DNA of 41,351 nt from Catajapyx aquilonaris. Its lineage: Eukaryota. The stretch covers positions 1 to 41,351 of the forward strand of contig JYFJ02003455.1 of NCBI GenBank assembly GCA_000934665.2, read 5' to 3'. The notes beneath the pieces are model-generated. The model was given only the letters and a program-made list of their open reading frames with translations, was not told the origin of the DNA and searched no databases. This document shows, one piece after another, positions 1 to 12,027 of the stretch. The translations under genes were made by a program, and so were the position numbers. The number at the start of each line of letters is the position of its first letter. The stretch's first letter is position 1.

Positions 1-154
1 AACATGTCCGTAACCTGGCAGCGCCCAGGATTACCAACACATAAACACAAAAGGACATAAACAGTCGCGACATTACTTTTGCGGTCAATAGTACATGTTC
101 TTATGGTTACATAATATTACCACAACACTGTACTATGATAAACTCCCAAGGGTC

Positions 155-503
155 GGGGAGGTGTAGATGGCCGAGATGGTAACGTCTCGGCTTGCTGAGT
201 GAAAGGCCCCAGGTTCGATCCCCGCCTGGGGAACTTTCCTTTCACCTGCGTCAGGAGGGTCTCTGACCTGCACCAAGGAGGTGTCTGGCAACCTAACCTC
301 CTGGGGAACAGCACATAACCCCTTTACAGATCTTGCACTTGCACCTGTGTTCCCTCCCCAAAAATCCCTACCCCTCCCTCCCCTACATCCTTGACTCCTT
401 GCACCGGATATTGAAGTTAAAATCTAGAAAAATGGAGTGAAATGGTGGTATTCCACTCCCCTAAAAAGGCTCCGCCATATCACGGGGTAACTTTGAAAAA
501 AAA
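155..503 (+). mobile_element. tRNA-derived SINE, family A
   Basis: A-box TGGCCGAGATGG, B-box GGTTCGATCC, A-rich tail, TSD AAACTCCCAAG(G/A)GTC at 140-154 and 504-518; closely similar copy at 32586. Confidence 0.9.
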
Positions 504-891
504 AAACTCCCAAGAGTCCATACTTTACGGGGCACCCTGTACTGAGGGAACATGTTTACATAAACGATCACGTGGGAGCAACGTGACCTTGGCATATACG
601 ACTCAACTTGGCGGGAACAGGGGGGAGGGGGGGATCTGGAGTTGCCATGGTAGTTGAGTCACAATCCAAGAGATGGCAGGAGCATATTGAACCGGGTTTG
701 GCACTGAAAAGTTCGCCTTCTCTATGCACATCCTCGAGGGCTAAATTCACAAACCATCAGGACATCGTAATATTATGATGTATTAGCCGTCAAAGGTTTA
801 ATATAAGGAGGGGGGAGGTCGGGGGGAGGGGAGTATGATGAGGATAATTGTTGGGTGAGCATCATTAAGAACATGGCCTACACCGCAGGCT

Positions 892-977
892 GCAGGCCTA
901 GAAAACAGCGAGCGAAGCGAGTGGTTTTCTAGGCCTGCGCCCTAGGAAAAGGCGAGCGGAGCGAGGGTTTTCCTAGT
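892..977 (+). repeat. Tandem double hairpin ending CTAG-T, possibly a Helitron-type 3' terminus
   Basis: 15-bp perfect stem 892-906/924-938 and 9-bp stem 942-950/968-976, each with a 17-nt loop containing GCGAGCG(A/G)AGCGAG. Confidence 0.6.
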
Positions 978-1149
978 CGTGTGTTTAACGACAATGCAAC
1001 ACATATCTTTCATTACGCAAAAGGGGACCACGTTAACGGTTTTAGAAGTTCAAACACGAATGAACGTGATCTTGCACCCTTCAACAGGTCTGGGTGCTTT
1101 GTAGGAATGAGCCATAAATTCCTTAGTCCTTGAGGTGGTCCATATAGTA

Positions 1150-1630
1150 CTTACAAGATGAAGTCCATTCGTTTTACAGCTACACCGAAACATTCCACTG
1201 ATTCAAAAGGAAGCGTTATCCATTCAAACCTCTCCCTGCAGTTGAATATGTTAAAACACCACAACCACCATATGATGACAATCTTCAGGAAAACAACCAG
1301 AGAGATTCCTGTATAACAACCAAACACACCACCCAAGGTCTTATCATCAGACAACTTGAGGCTTATTAATAACATTAGAGACTATGGAATGCACTAATTC
1401 AATTTGTAGCGTCTAGTTATCAGATCTTCCAAGTAGATCCTAGGATAGACCTAAGTCTGACTGGAACTGTGCAGGGCCACAAAGGTAACTCGACAGAAAA
1501 ATCCTGCGCCTGCTACTGTATCAGCCTGAAGACGTTGTCATATCGATAAGAAAACAGATATCATCTGAAACACTTGTATATAATTTCTGGAAGAACCACC
1601 CAGCGACACCAACAATAAAGAATTTACAAT
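1150..1630 (+). mobile_element. Degraded Penelope-like 3' region (GIY-YIG C-terminus plus hammerhead-like remnant)
   Basis: Broken reading LIIRQLEAY..NIRDYG resembles the PLE endonuclease end (RxxREAxxI...NRDxG), followed by CCTGAAGA...GAAAC at about 1525-1571. Confidence 0.35.
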
Positions 1631-2351
1631 AAGCAGAGCCACCCTTGAATATTTAAAATGATCGTTTTACATCAAGTTATTCTGTTGGCATGCAAGAATT
1701 GACAGATCAAGCAACTGCTTCATACGTCAGTTTCGTTTTGCCTGCTGCCCCAAAAAATATTTGCATGATGCCAACGACAAATCCAGTGCTTGACACACGA
1801 TATCACATCAAAAACGAAAACTACGTACAGGTGTATAGAGATTGTGCAGAAGTCACAACCACTGAATAAACCAAAAAGGACACTACATTTTTGCATAGGT
1901 TTTGCCAGTCTTGAACCATACACTTCCATGCTTTGCATTAACATAAGAGTTGACAACAATTGCGGAAGTAGTAAAATATTTAAATTAGTACATATAAGTA
2001 AATGCAATATTTTAAAAGACTGAAGCTGCAGCGCTAAATATTTGCATATCATACAATCTGTAAATTGTAAAAATAAGCTTCACATTTTCACATAATGTAC
2101 GCCCTGCCAGTATGTAGACGAGTATGCTACAATTACGTACGTGGCTATGAAGGGTTCACACACTCGTTTTGTAATACACATACTGACATAGTATTATTAA
2201 TATATTAAAGCAGTTGATGTGAGTGCCATGGACTAAACCCTCCAGATAATGGAAGCACAGAGGGGGGACACACCAGATCAGCATTATTGCACTGCCATAA
2301 TTTATTTATTTTTATCCCATTATAAAATTGCTTTCGAAAAAAACATTCATC

Positions 2352-2357
2352 TTTATT
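2352..2357 (-). terminator. Candidate polyadenylation signal (AATAAA) for the eIF4E-like gene
   Basis: AATAAA on the minus strand about 430 nt past the stop; more copies at 2301-2310. Confidence 0.35.
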
Positions 2358-2784
2358 ATTTAGTCAGCCATCATCATGAGTACAGAAAGTACGGCCATTT
2401 TAGTTTGGCAGAAGAGGAAAAGGTGGCTCGCAGGGGATGGAGCCTTATTTAAGCAGTACCAATCACCATCGGTTCCGACGCCAATGTCCTAGGCCTGCCT
2501 TGACCTGTCCCCTTGACGTCTGGCTCATCCTCAGGTGGAGATGACCACTGAGGCACAGACAAACTTCAATGGAACGGCAGCCAACTTGTAAAGAACTAAA
2601 AAATCGTTCAAACAGGAAACGTATAGATAACATATTTTTACTGCACGAACCCACGCAAACATCGGGAAGAAGGAGAAAAAAAAAATCTGCAGGTTTGCAG
2701 TCAAAATATGTCCTCGAATAACAATACAAGAAATTTTGATTGCCAAAAAAAACAGGATGGGAGAGGTTCGTGGCAATGGTCAAA

Positions 2785-3848
2785 TCATATCCGGTAACGA
2801 GGGTTCTTCATCGCCTCCTGCTGACCGCAATCGAATATGTCAGCGTGGCAAAAGTAGAAGATCTGGTAGGAGATGTCCCATATGGCCTTCAACTTGGTAC
2901 TGAAATTGGGGGGAAGCTGTTCAGATGAGCCATAGAGATTCTAACGCTGAATCACTATTAAATTAATTTTAAAAGTCGAACAAAAAACTAACCCGATGGA
3001 ACGGATTGCAACTTCCTGATCTGAGTCTTCGGTCCACACCTCGATCCTGTTGCCCCAAGCCCTGCAACCCGCGACGGCCCCAGTCACCTGGACGCCGTAC
3101 AACTGGAAACCCGAACCGACGATGCACAACAGCTGCAACATGAAATATTCCCCATGAATTTCCGTCGAATTCTCGCCAAAAACGCTGACTTACAGTCTGC
3201 ATCCACTTGTCCCTGATCATGTCCCGAGGGGCGTTCTTCCCCAGCGGGATCCTAAAGTGACCTCCGTACTTGTTATCGTCTGACTCCCAAATAGGCTTGA
3301 CTCCGTCTCTGAAGCAAGCGTAGTCGTACCCCCAGTAGTTCAGTGGACCAGGGTCATCTGTATCCTCCCACACCCTATGGGTGGTGTACCATTGTTAACA
3401 ATTGTTAACCGGCTTTGGTTCATCGAGGTGCTTACCGTATGAAGGCAGGAAGAGACTTCAGGAGTATCAGGGGAGCTAGTTTGTGTCCCCACCTCTTCCT
3501 CTTCTGTGAGTAGGTACGGATGACCCACATGTTCCACCCGGCACCCAGGAGAGGCATGGCCCCCTGAAGCTCATCTGGAGGGAGATACCGGTTCACAGTA
3601 GGCAGCGGATCTCCGTACATGTAGTACATCACTGGTTCGATAGGTGTCTGGACACTCTGGTTGTATTCCCTAGGGTAGAAGCAGGGTGCCAGGGCGGACA
3701 ACTCCACTTTTGAACTAGTTGGTGCGTCACCTCCTCCGACGTCCATGTGTTCCTCTGGTGGTACCACAGTCTCCTTCTCTTCGATGGTAACGTCCCCACT
3801 GCCGTCTCCAAGCTCCATTCCAATCTCAAGGGTCGAGGCACCCTCCAT
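2785..3848 (-). CDS. eIF4E: Divergent class I-derived eIF4E paralog with N-terminal extension. Exons 3848-3436, 3374-3194, 3132-2993, 2899-2785; 282 aa
   Basis: Three GT-AG introns (3435-3375 GTAAG..CATAG, 61 nt; 3193-3133 GTAAGT..TGCAG, 61 nt; 2992-2900 GTTAGT..TTTCAG, 93 nt) join into one open 849-nt frame ending in TGA. The protein aligns by eye to eIF4E: PLLGAGWNMW~HPLQNRWALW; GYDYACFRDGVKPIWESDDNKYGG~GCDYSLFKDGIEPMWEDEKNKRGG; KWMQTLLCIVG~FWLETLLCLIG; VTGAVAGCRAWGNRIEVWT~VCGAVVNVRAKGDKIAIWT; YFCHAD~YQSHAD. An acceptor-like CTCTCAG just upstream of the ATG suggests a further 5' exon. Confidence 0.92.
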
Positions 3849-4439
3849 TAGATTCCTGAGAGTTTGAAAGGCCCGACCGTTACTTTAGGTTCTCAACAAT
3901 TTGTAGACCACCAGTTGATTACATGACAACATGGATCAAGCAAGTTCGAAAAGTACATGTGACCAAGCATCGCAATGTCACACTTTTCCACTAGTACAAA
4001 TTCAAGTCGGGCGAATATCAAACTGTGGACCTCCACTTTGTTCCACTCAGCATAGAACACACCCAACGTCTTAAGGAGATGACCTTTCGGACTTGGACGA
4101 AATAACTGTGACAGAGCCATGCCACGAACATATTGAGAATAATTTATAATATGCATGAATAACTGACCTTTATGAGCGGCTGCCCTATTATAAAATCACA
4201 GGACGACGTACAGCTCCTCTCTCTGTTCAGGCAGAAATGGAATTAACAACGATCGAGTGTCAGCAACAATGTGTGTCAACAGCGCCATGGTTATCATGGA
4301 TGCGTGCATGGATGTCGAGTAGTGGCCTTGGAGTAGTGGTTCCCCAGGTTACCGTCAAACATGAAATGTGCACAAAATTATATAAATAACTTATATTTAA
4401 TATATAATTACCAGAATATCTTTTAGCATCCTTGACATT

Positions 4440-4850
4440 CTTTTGTTGTGAAACATCATATTCTAAAATCAGTTCCTCTAATGTTTATGATAGCCTTCAT
4501 CTTCTCCCAATTATTTTTACATTTCATTTGATAAGCCTTCCAGAATTGATGATACTTAAACGCGTCATGTGGCTTTAATTAATCAGAGCGCTGTGCATGC
4601 ATTAAAAAGAGAACTGCATTAGGTTCAGTTCGTTACCGCTGACATGAGGAATGCTCTCCCAAGTTATTTTCTAACTCATAATATTTTCAGGCAGAATTGT
4701 TTTTTTCTTTTCATTTTTCAAGACGCTTCATTTAGTTTTGTGTCACAAATATATTTCAGTTGGTTTCAAAGAATAATTCTTTTTCCACTATCGAATTGCA
4801 CTTAAAAGTCTTTTGGTTTCATCCGTTGTCTCTGGCTGTGATTCTGCAAA
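4440..4850 (-). pseudogene. Degraded Myb/SANT-like DNA-binding ORF (PIF/Harbinger accessory-gene-like)
   Basis: Minus-strand fragments TDETKRLLSAIR and MKCKNNWEKMK resemble Myb/SANT helices 1 and 3; many stops. Confidence 0.35.
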
Positions 4851-7846
4851 GTAAACACATTTGTTTGCTGCATTATTCGCTGTCTTTCAATCTCAACTTG
4901 GAGTAAGTATACTACACTACACGATCGTTTAGCCAACAATAAATCTACAATTTATTAATACTAAAGTAACTACGGTAGCAACTATTGTCATGCTATCTTA
5001 TTGTTTTAGCAAGAATAATAGAAAGCAATGAAAATGGTATTGTCCTTCTGTGCCACTGTTACACGTAACTGTCACTCAGCTCATTGATTGCTGGCTCTAT
5101 AGATACTATGATGAGCGTCCGTTTAGAGCTGCCTGAGTGTTAGGCTTAAGTGCGAATGTATAACAGCAGTAAATGTTGCTTCACAACTGCCCTACGTGCT
5201 AGCACATCCGTTTACCGCATGCCCACAAGGTAATTCTCAATTTCTTGTCGGAACAGCTCAAGCTCCCTTGTCCTGTTTATCCATCACCTCCACTAAGCCC
5301 TTCGCTAGCCAACCCCACCATCTTCTCTCTCTTTAGAGTCTAGACCTAGCAGTGTACCAAGTAACAACCAAGGGACGACGACGCCATGAATAAATCATTT
5401 TAAAAATTTCTGAGGATCCACAATTTTTTTGCACACCACAAAGTGCACAAGATACTATAATTAAGAATATTATTTTAAAATCTTAAATTACATCCCCCCT
5501 CTTATTATAAATATGACATTAATGGCCTTATATCACGTGACTTTTTGCCATAAGCCGATATGACAAAAAAATCTTGCAAGGTACCACTTATGGGTTTTTA
5601 CCTTGCGATTTTACATCGCAGATCGCAGTTGAAAGGCGTCTTCCCATGCATCGACCAAAAGCATTTCTGGATACATTTGCACAATGTACAAACCCTCTGG
5701 CTAAATTTCCTTTGTAAACTAACATTAAAACCTGTAATTAATGCTCTTCTCACCGCTAATTTATGGTGGGATGATGTCCAGGTCGTGATCTTAACCCTCA
5801 TTTGAAGCTATACCAGCTCATTGAAGGAGCAGTTAGTGATTATCAGGCGGGATTCGGCTGACACATGACGGACAAGCGATGAGAGGAAGGTACTGCCGGA
5901 TACTACAAAAAAAAAGGTTGCCTTATAAGCTCTACGTGGGTGGTCCCGTCTGCAAAATCAAAAATCAATTAGGTTTGTCTGGAAGTCCAACCCAAAAAAA
6001 TAAATACAAGTGTGAAATGTCAGATCTGAGTGATTAAAGGTTCTAGATAGATAAAAAAACCTAGGAACGTCCTAGCAGTGAAAGGGTTTCATTAAGTTAG
6101 TATAAAGGCCACGCTTTTGGTTGCCGCAGCGATCAGATTCCCAGATAGCAGTAGGATTTCCCGATCAGCTTTCATCTCTAGGCAAATTGCAGTGGGACGT
6201 CGAATTCCACGAGAGCCAATAGACCCTTTCGATGTCTTTGGTCTTCCTCCCTAAGCTTTGCAATTACTCGGGCGGGGAAGAACTACCGTACTTTAGGTGC
6301 CGTCCGAAGTTGGTTGGCCAACCAAGAAAATCCGATTCTATGCAACTATGGGCCAGGAAGAAGCTGCATCACAAAGCTTAAGACTTGGTAAAATTTAATA
6401 TTCCTTAATTACGACTCATTTTAATTACATGAAGTGCATATGATAATTTTATATTTGCAAGTAATTGCGGAGTCGGTATAGTGAAAACGCGCCAACAAAT
6501 CTTAAAATAATCAGATAATTTGCCTGATGGACCATTTTGACTTCATATTGGCCATTGTTGGTTTCAATTAATGTTACATAAATTATTACATTCCATGTTA
6601 TTTTGGCCAATAGTACAGATATGGTTGTATCAGTGAGGGGTAATGACTGGCAAAATCCACTAGAACCAACTTGGTTTAATGAATGGATCAGGTCTTTTGT
6701 AACCATGCATTTGTCGACGTAGGCAAAAAATTAATTAGCCTATTCTGAAACACTATCGCGTCAAACTATGAATTCAGATGAAGGAGGAAATGTACAATTA
6801 TGTCGTATAATGCAATGTGAAAACGTTTTCTGCTTACATTAGGCCGAGTAGATTAATTTATCCATGCTCTAAGTTGCAATGTGTTCATACAACCAGCCGC
6901 TAGGTCACATTAAGAAGAAAATCTCAGATGATGTTAAAAAGGGCTGTTAAAATCCAATCGTTTCCCAAATTCGCTTTTCTACAACAGGCTCAAAGAGTGT
7001 TAAAGACAAGCACTATGAGAAGAAAAAAGGTTGACGTTTTCGACCTACACCGACTTTAAAATGGGCAAAACACACAAGCCCAAAGTTTGGAATTCGAAGC
7101 GCAGACTGTATAGAGCGGTGTGTATATAGGTTTTGGGATTTATTCTGCAACATATCGTACGAACACCTGTCTTCGAGAAGATTCCTGATTGTGGCTTGAA
7201 GAAGCCGCAGTTGAATCCGGATGCGGTCTGACCGAAATTCCAAAGATTTTATCACTGGAATCAGGCAGGGGAGGCAGCAGCAGCAGGAGACGAAACGAAA
7301 GGATTCCCTACTTCAAACTTAGTTACGAAATGAGATTAGGGCAGCGAACAAGGTTTCTACATTTGCCTCTCGCACTGCTGCCTTGTTAACTCCAAGCCTT
7401 GTTTTCCGAGCCTGCAGCGCCGAGAATGCGAAAGCGTCAGAGAATGAAGATGATCAGAGGCTAGCCGCCTGTCACTTGTTCTCTTTGAAATGGGGAGGGC
7501 TGTGGAAGATGGACTCTCATTTTGTAGTCGTCTCAAAAGTTGACTTAGATGTTTGCCCTCTAGTTGCCTTCTGAGCTGACACAGCCCGTTTCTACACTAT
7601 TCAAACTTGCAGCTCTTGCCTCAAAGTGTTGCTAGTCTGTCCTCGCTGGGTAATTGGACTTTGACATCGTATTAAGTATGACACGAGACGCTTTCTACCC
7701 AATGTCGACTTGTTGGTTACAACGTGTAAATTCGGTAACACGAAGTTCTTTTAAATCCGCTGCAATTAGTGGCAAACAGATGGCAGCACCTGTGTAGTGT
7801 TGTAAGATGGGACCAAAATAGCCATATTTTCAATTTTACTACACTA

Positions 7847-8004
7847 CAGTCCATTAAACGAAAAAACGATCTGACGTCAAGTTCAGCCCCGCCTCTTCCC
7901 ACCTATCACTTCCCCTCATGGCTCTGCAAGCATTTACTGCGCATGCTTAGAAAACACGGCCGGTGTGACGTCAGATCGTTCTTCGTTTAAACTTTAAAGG
8001 ACTG
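7847..8004. mobile_element. Tc1/mariner-type MITE
   Basis: TA|CAGTCC...GGACTG|TA with subterminal inverted AACGATCTGACGTCA. Confidence 0.75.
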
Positions 8005-8269
8005 TACACATTTGTTGTGTTATATGACTAGGTATGGACCATAATATCTGAAAATTTAAATAACACGATAAACTAATGAAGTTGCCGCTTTTATTGGTTG
8101 TCACTTCATTGCCAAATTACTTAACAGAAATTCCAGGCGCACTTTTTGTTTCAATAACATGTGCTCCATTATACCTGCATTGTTTAACACTGCAAAAAAA
8201 TATTGGAGGCATCCGCTTGACAGTTGGGGCGATAGAAGACTAATGTCATTTGACCCCTCTATTATCAAT

Positions 8270-9060
8270 AGCAGCCGTTCATACCCCCTGGCCCCCCTCA
8301 GTGTGGGCTGAAGGAAACAGGTCGCCCGTGACCATGCCAGTCACATCCAATTGAAGGAAGAGCAAGTGCTGGTGAGGGTGCAAGTGACCCTTCCTTTTGT
8401 ATAGGAAAGTGGGATATTCTGTTAGAAGTGGAGAGAATGGATGCCAAGAAATATGATTAATGGGGAAATGTCTCAGGACTGCATTCCAGAGGATTGTATG
8501 ATGGATAATAGTGTCCCCGCTGGCCTTTGGCTGGGTCAAAATGCTGTTTACAGTGGTATGTCTGTTTATTACAGTTTGTTAAAAGTTTTACAACATACAT
8601 TTCATTTTGTGCAACCTATCAAATTGTGTACATTACCAGCTGTGCATAAAAGACTTCTTACACATTTTCATGTGGAAATACTCTATAATATAGTGTATAG
8701 TCGTGTAATTTTAGCCACACTCATGCCTTCCATCCATATCCTTTAGAAGCTTCATAGGGGTGGGTAGAGTTCTTATCAACATCAGCTGCACCAGTGGATG
8801 CGGTTGCATTGGAAGGTGAAATCAAGGGTCATAACGAGCGAGTTGTCGACGTGGGAATGCATTGTCTCCTCACACCCTTTTTGCCTGATGGTCCCTGAGC
8901 TCAGATAGGGTGAAAATGGTCTAATTCACCAGGGAAAATAAGCTAGTATTTGGGCCAGCGGAAACTGTCCCCATCCCCACCTCACACTTCTGGCCAACAA
9001 TGTCTGCTATGGAAGGAAGGGAGGAAAAATACGTCGAAGTGGTCAGTAGGGGTAACTCAT
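8270..9060 (-). mobile_element. Highly degraded Penelope-like RT/endonuclease relic
   Basis: Minus-strand fragments in PLE order: FDV (~9040), DFTFQ (~8815), HP..KG (~8755), VLRHF..PTFLYKR (8390-8490), PGGMN (~8285). Frameshifted and deleted. Confidence 0.3.
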
Positions 9061-10120
9061 TCAAATATAATAAAGTCCGCTTACGACTTTCGAGTTAGTC
9101 TAATGACCAGAAGCGGCAGGCTTTATCTTAATGAGTATCTCCTTTTGCTTGCCTGCCATCCCGAGAGACCATCCCCCCCAAAATGCTAGAAACTACAGTG
9201 GGGAGGCCTATATATTGCGGACAACGAAGGGACAGTAAGATTACGAATGTATACCTCACGCCCCCTGATGGCCACACTGGCAACGAAGCACTGTTGCCAA
9301 CTCAAATCGCGTCTTGCAGCAACACCTTACATGTAAATTCTTAAGGTGATTTGAACACTGCAATTGCAAAACAGGCAGCAGAATTTGCCATTTGGTGAGA
9401 CAGTTCATTCACCCACCCCCTACCACGCCCTATTCACCACTCTACACGCTGCAACAAGCCTATCTCCAGCCATTATTGGGCGCTGGTGTAATGAAGTCAC
9501 ACACCGCAACAAGTCATTACGATGGAAAATGGGGATTTTTGACCATGAAACAGAAGTATCCGTGTCTCGACGAGCGGGTCTGTGTCAATAGGAACAGCCA
9601 TAACGGGGTTCATTCAACGTCATGTTCACCACACGAAACTCTTTTCAGCGAAGAATTGCGGCAATGAATGACCGTTCAACACGAAACATCCCAGTGTTTG
9701 GTTGTGTGTATTTTACACCTAAACTATAGCGGGATGCGGCTACATACATTAGCGCTACTCATACTATCGTCCACCCTCAATATCCGCCATAATGACATAT
9801 TTTAGTTGCACAGATATAATAATACAGGCTCATTTGGGAATTTCGCACCTGACTCTCAACTACTAGACATCTGATTAACTTTGAACCAAAAGTGGTGGCA
9901 AACATGGAATTTAAATTATGAATACGATAGGGTGTTTAGCTATAGTTGAAATTACGAAAATGGCGTATAGCTACTTGGTGCACACATATCCGGCGAAAGC
10001 TACATCCGAACGTGTAATGCGAGGCACCCAAACATTTTAAATAGTACCAGTTAAGATAGGAAAAACAGTAAAATTTTGCCAACTCAAGCGTGAATAGTAG
10101 CAGTTACTTTCAGCTAATAA

Positions 10121-10434
10121 TGATGATAATAATAATATAATATCTAATATCTATAATATCTTACCCCGTTATCAGCCTTTTTCGGCGGGGGGGGGGGGGG
10201 GGNNNNNATCTTTGCTTTTTGTCTGGAACTCTTGCGTACATTTTTACTTTGCTTTTTGGGATAGAGGAGGCGGCTGTGGCCTATTAATTTAGGAAGCAAC
10301 CCCGGAATTCTCCTGGAGGGACCGTGGGAAACCACAGAAAACCACGGTTAGAGTTGCCGGCCCCGGGGCTCGAACCCAGGACCTCCCGATTAGCAGTCGG
10401 ACCCTATATAGCCACTCCACCAAACTGCTTCGGT
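10121..10434 (-). mobile_element. tRNA-derived SINE, family B
   Basis: Head ACCGAAGCAG..CCGACTGCTAATCGG..GGTTCGAGCC, TSD TACTTTCAGCTAATAA at 10105-10120 and 10434-10449; contains an N gap. Confidence 0.9.
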
Positions 10435-11321
10435 ACTTTCAGCTAATAACTAATATTCTCTTCTTATTACGTAGCTAAGTGAGTGGTGTTTCATTTTCCC
10501 AACAGTTTTTGTGAGTTTGGCAGAGGCCATTTTGGATCAGAGCACCCATAGCAGGCACCCTGCGAATGCGATTGAATGATTCCATTAGCTATTTAAGTGT
10601 ACACCGGACTGAAGGCCTGGGGTAGGGAATGGAATGAGTACGACTGATCCGGATTGAGCTGCACTGAGGCGGATGCTGTTAGATTGAGCCGGACGTTGCC
10701 TAATTGAGTCGGAGGTTGCCAGATCAAGTCATAAGTTGCCGGAATAAACCTGACTGGGTCAAATTGTGTTAGGATTTGGTGTGCTGGATGGAACGTTGTT
10801 GGGTTGAATTGGACGCGTCCTAGTTTTACGTGGATGAGACCAGATTAAGTCATATGTTGCCAGGCTTTCAAGCTCAACATGGCAACGTCTAATTCCATCC
10901 GGCAGCGTCAGACTCACTCCGGCTCAGTCCGGCCAACATAAATGCACCTTCAGAGATCACTAAGATCATTCCAGGAATGGGCTGACTACCATGAAAAACA
11001 ATTATACTGTGCATAATATCTCATTATACAGTGCAGTGGGATAATCCATAACCTACTGTACCTTGGTAGAGGTGGGAGGGGTGATGTTAACGTTCGAGTA
11101 GTCCAGAGTTCGACCTCCGGCGTCGACCTCACACGCCTTCGAAACTAACCAAGTGATGTGCGTTATTTTTATCCCCTTGGGTCATGTGCAGTATTTTTTA
11201 CACGCCTGCTTAGTTTTGATAACAAATTATAAGGTTTTATATTAATTAGCCAGACTATAATAATAACGTTCCCTTCCCGAAGCATTTAGTTTCACCCCTG
11301 CAATGGTACTGTATGAGCTTA

Positions 11322-11577
11322 ATTGAAGACCTCGGGAGAAAAACGATCAAGCTCCACTTCAGGTGAAACTGAGATAATCCAATTTTAAATTTCCAAGGCC
11401 CATAAGGCTCCATTAAAAATCCCAATTTCGGGGCCTTCCATTGTGACCTATGACCATAACTCAACAACCACGACCAATCCATCATATTCTACACTAGTGA
11501 AAGTATCATTTGAGATATGTAACTCATTTTTGACAAAAAAAGTGTACCTTGATCGTTCTTCCCCCGAGGTCTTCAAT
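11322..11577. mobile_element. MITE
   Basis: About 30-bp TIR ATTGAAGACCTCGG..AACGATCAAG, flanked by TA. Confidence 0.75.
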
Positions 11578-12027
11578 TACATTGTAGGCCTACTTTATTA
11601 AGAGCTTTCATGAAGTATGTAAAGATGTCAAAAATAATTATTACAATCCGTATTGAAACATGATGGGGATTTGCGTAAGAGGCACATACTGTAGAACGGT
11701 TAGCCCTACTTTAGAGAGTTAATACTAAGAGAGTCTAGAGAACTGGGCCAGCAAAATGTCGACTACCATGATCATGCTCTGTTGCACAAGTACACTGATT
11801 ATAGCAGTTGATATGTATAATTCAAGTGATGACGAATAACACTGTAGAAATAAGGGCATTAAATACTGCAAGTTTATAAGTAGTACAAACTGAAAATGTG
11901 ACAGGCTTCTCTCGGAGGCTACAAAGTCAGTTGTATACTTAGCCGGAAGTCTGGGATTCCTTATAGGTTTAAACGAAAAGTCCGGAGAAAAGTCAGTCTG
12001 GACTTCTGTAAATCAGAAGGGAATATT

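Noticed and set aside
3564..3630. Internal YxxxxL-phi 4E-binding motif (YMYGDPL, YLPPDEL)
   Set aside because: The Leu is one residue off the canonical spacing in both.
2941..3848. eIF4E as a frameshifted pseudogene, as the split ORF track suggests
   Set aside because: Every frame change is explained by a canonical GT-AG intron with matching phase.
892..5100. eIF4E gene captured inside a transposon or virus
   Set aside because: No matching termini or TSD bracket the gene; the CTAG end at 976 implies any such element lies to its left.
5791..6095. piggyBac MITE (TTAACCCT...AGGGTT)
   Set aside because: The two ends are not complementary beyond a few bases and the right TTAA is missing.
8884..8935. 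Hammerhead-like CTGATGG..GAAA..GTC
   Set aside because: Core mismatch and no convincing stem I.
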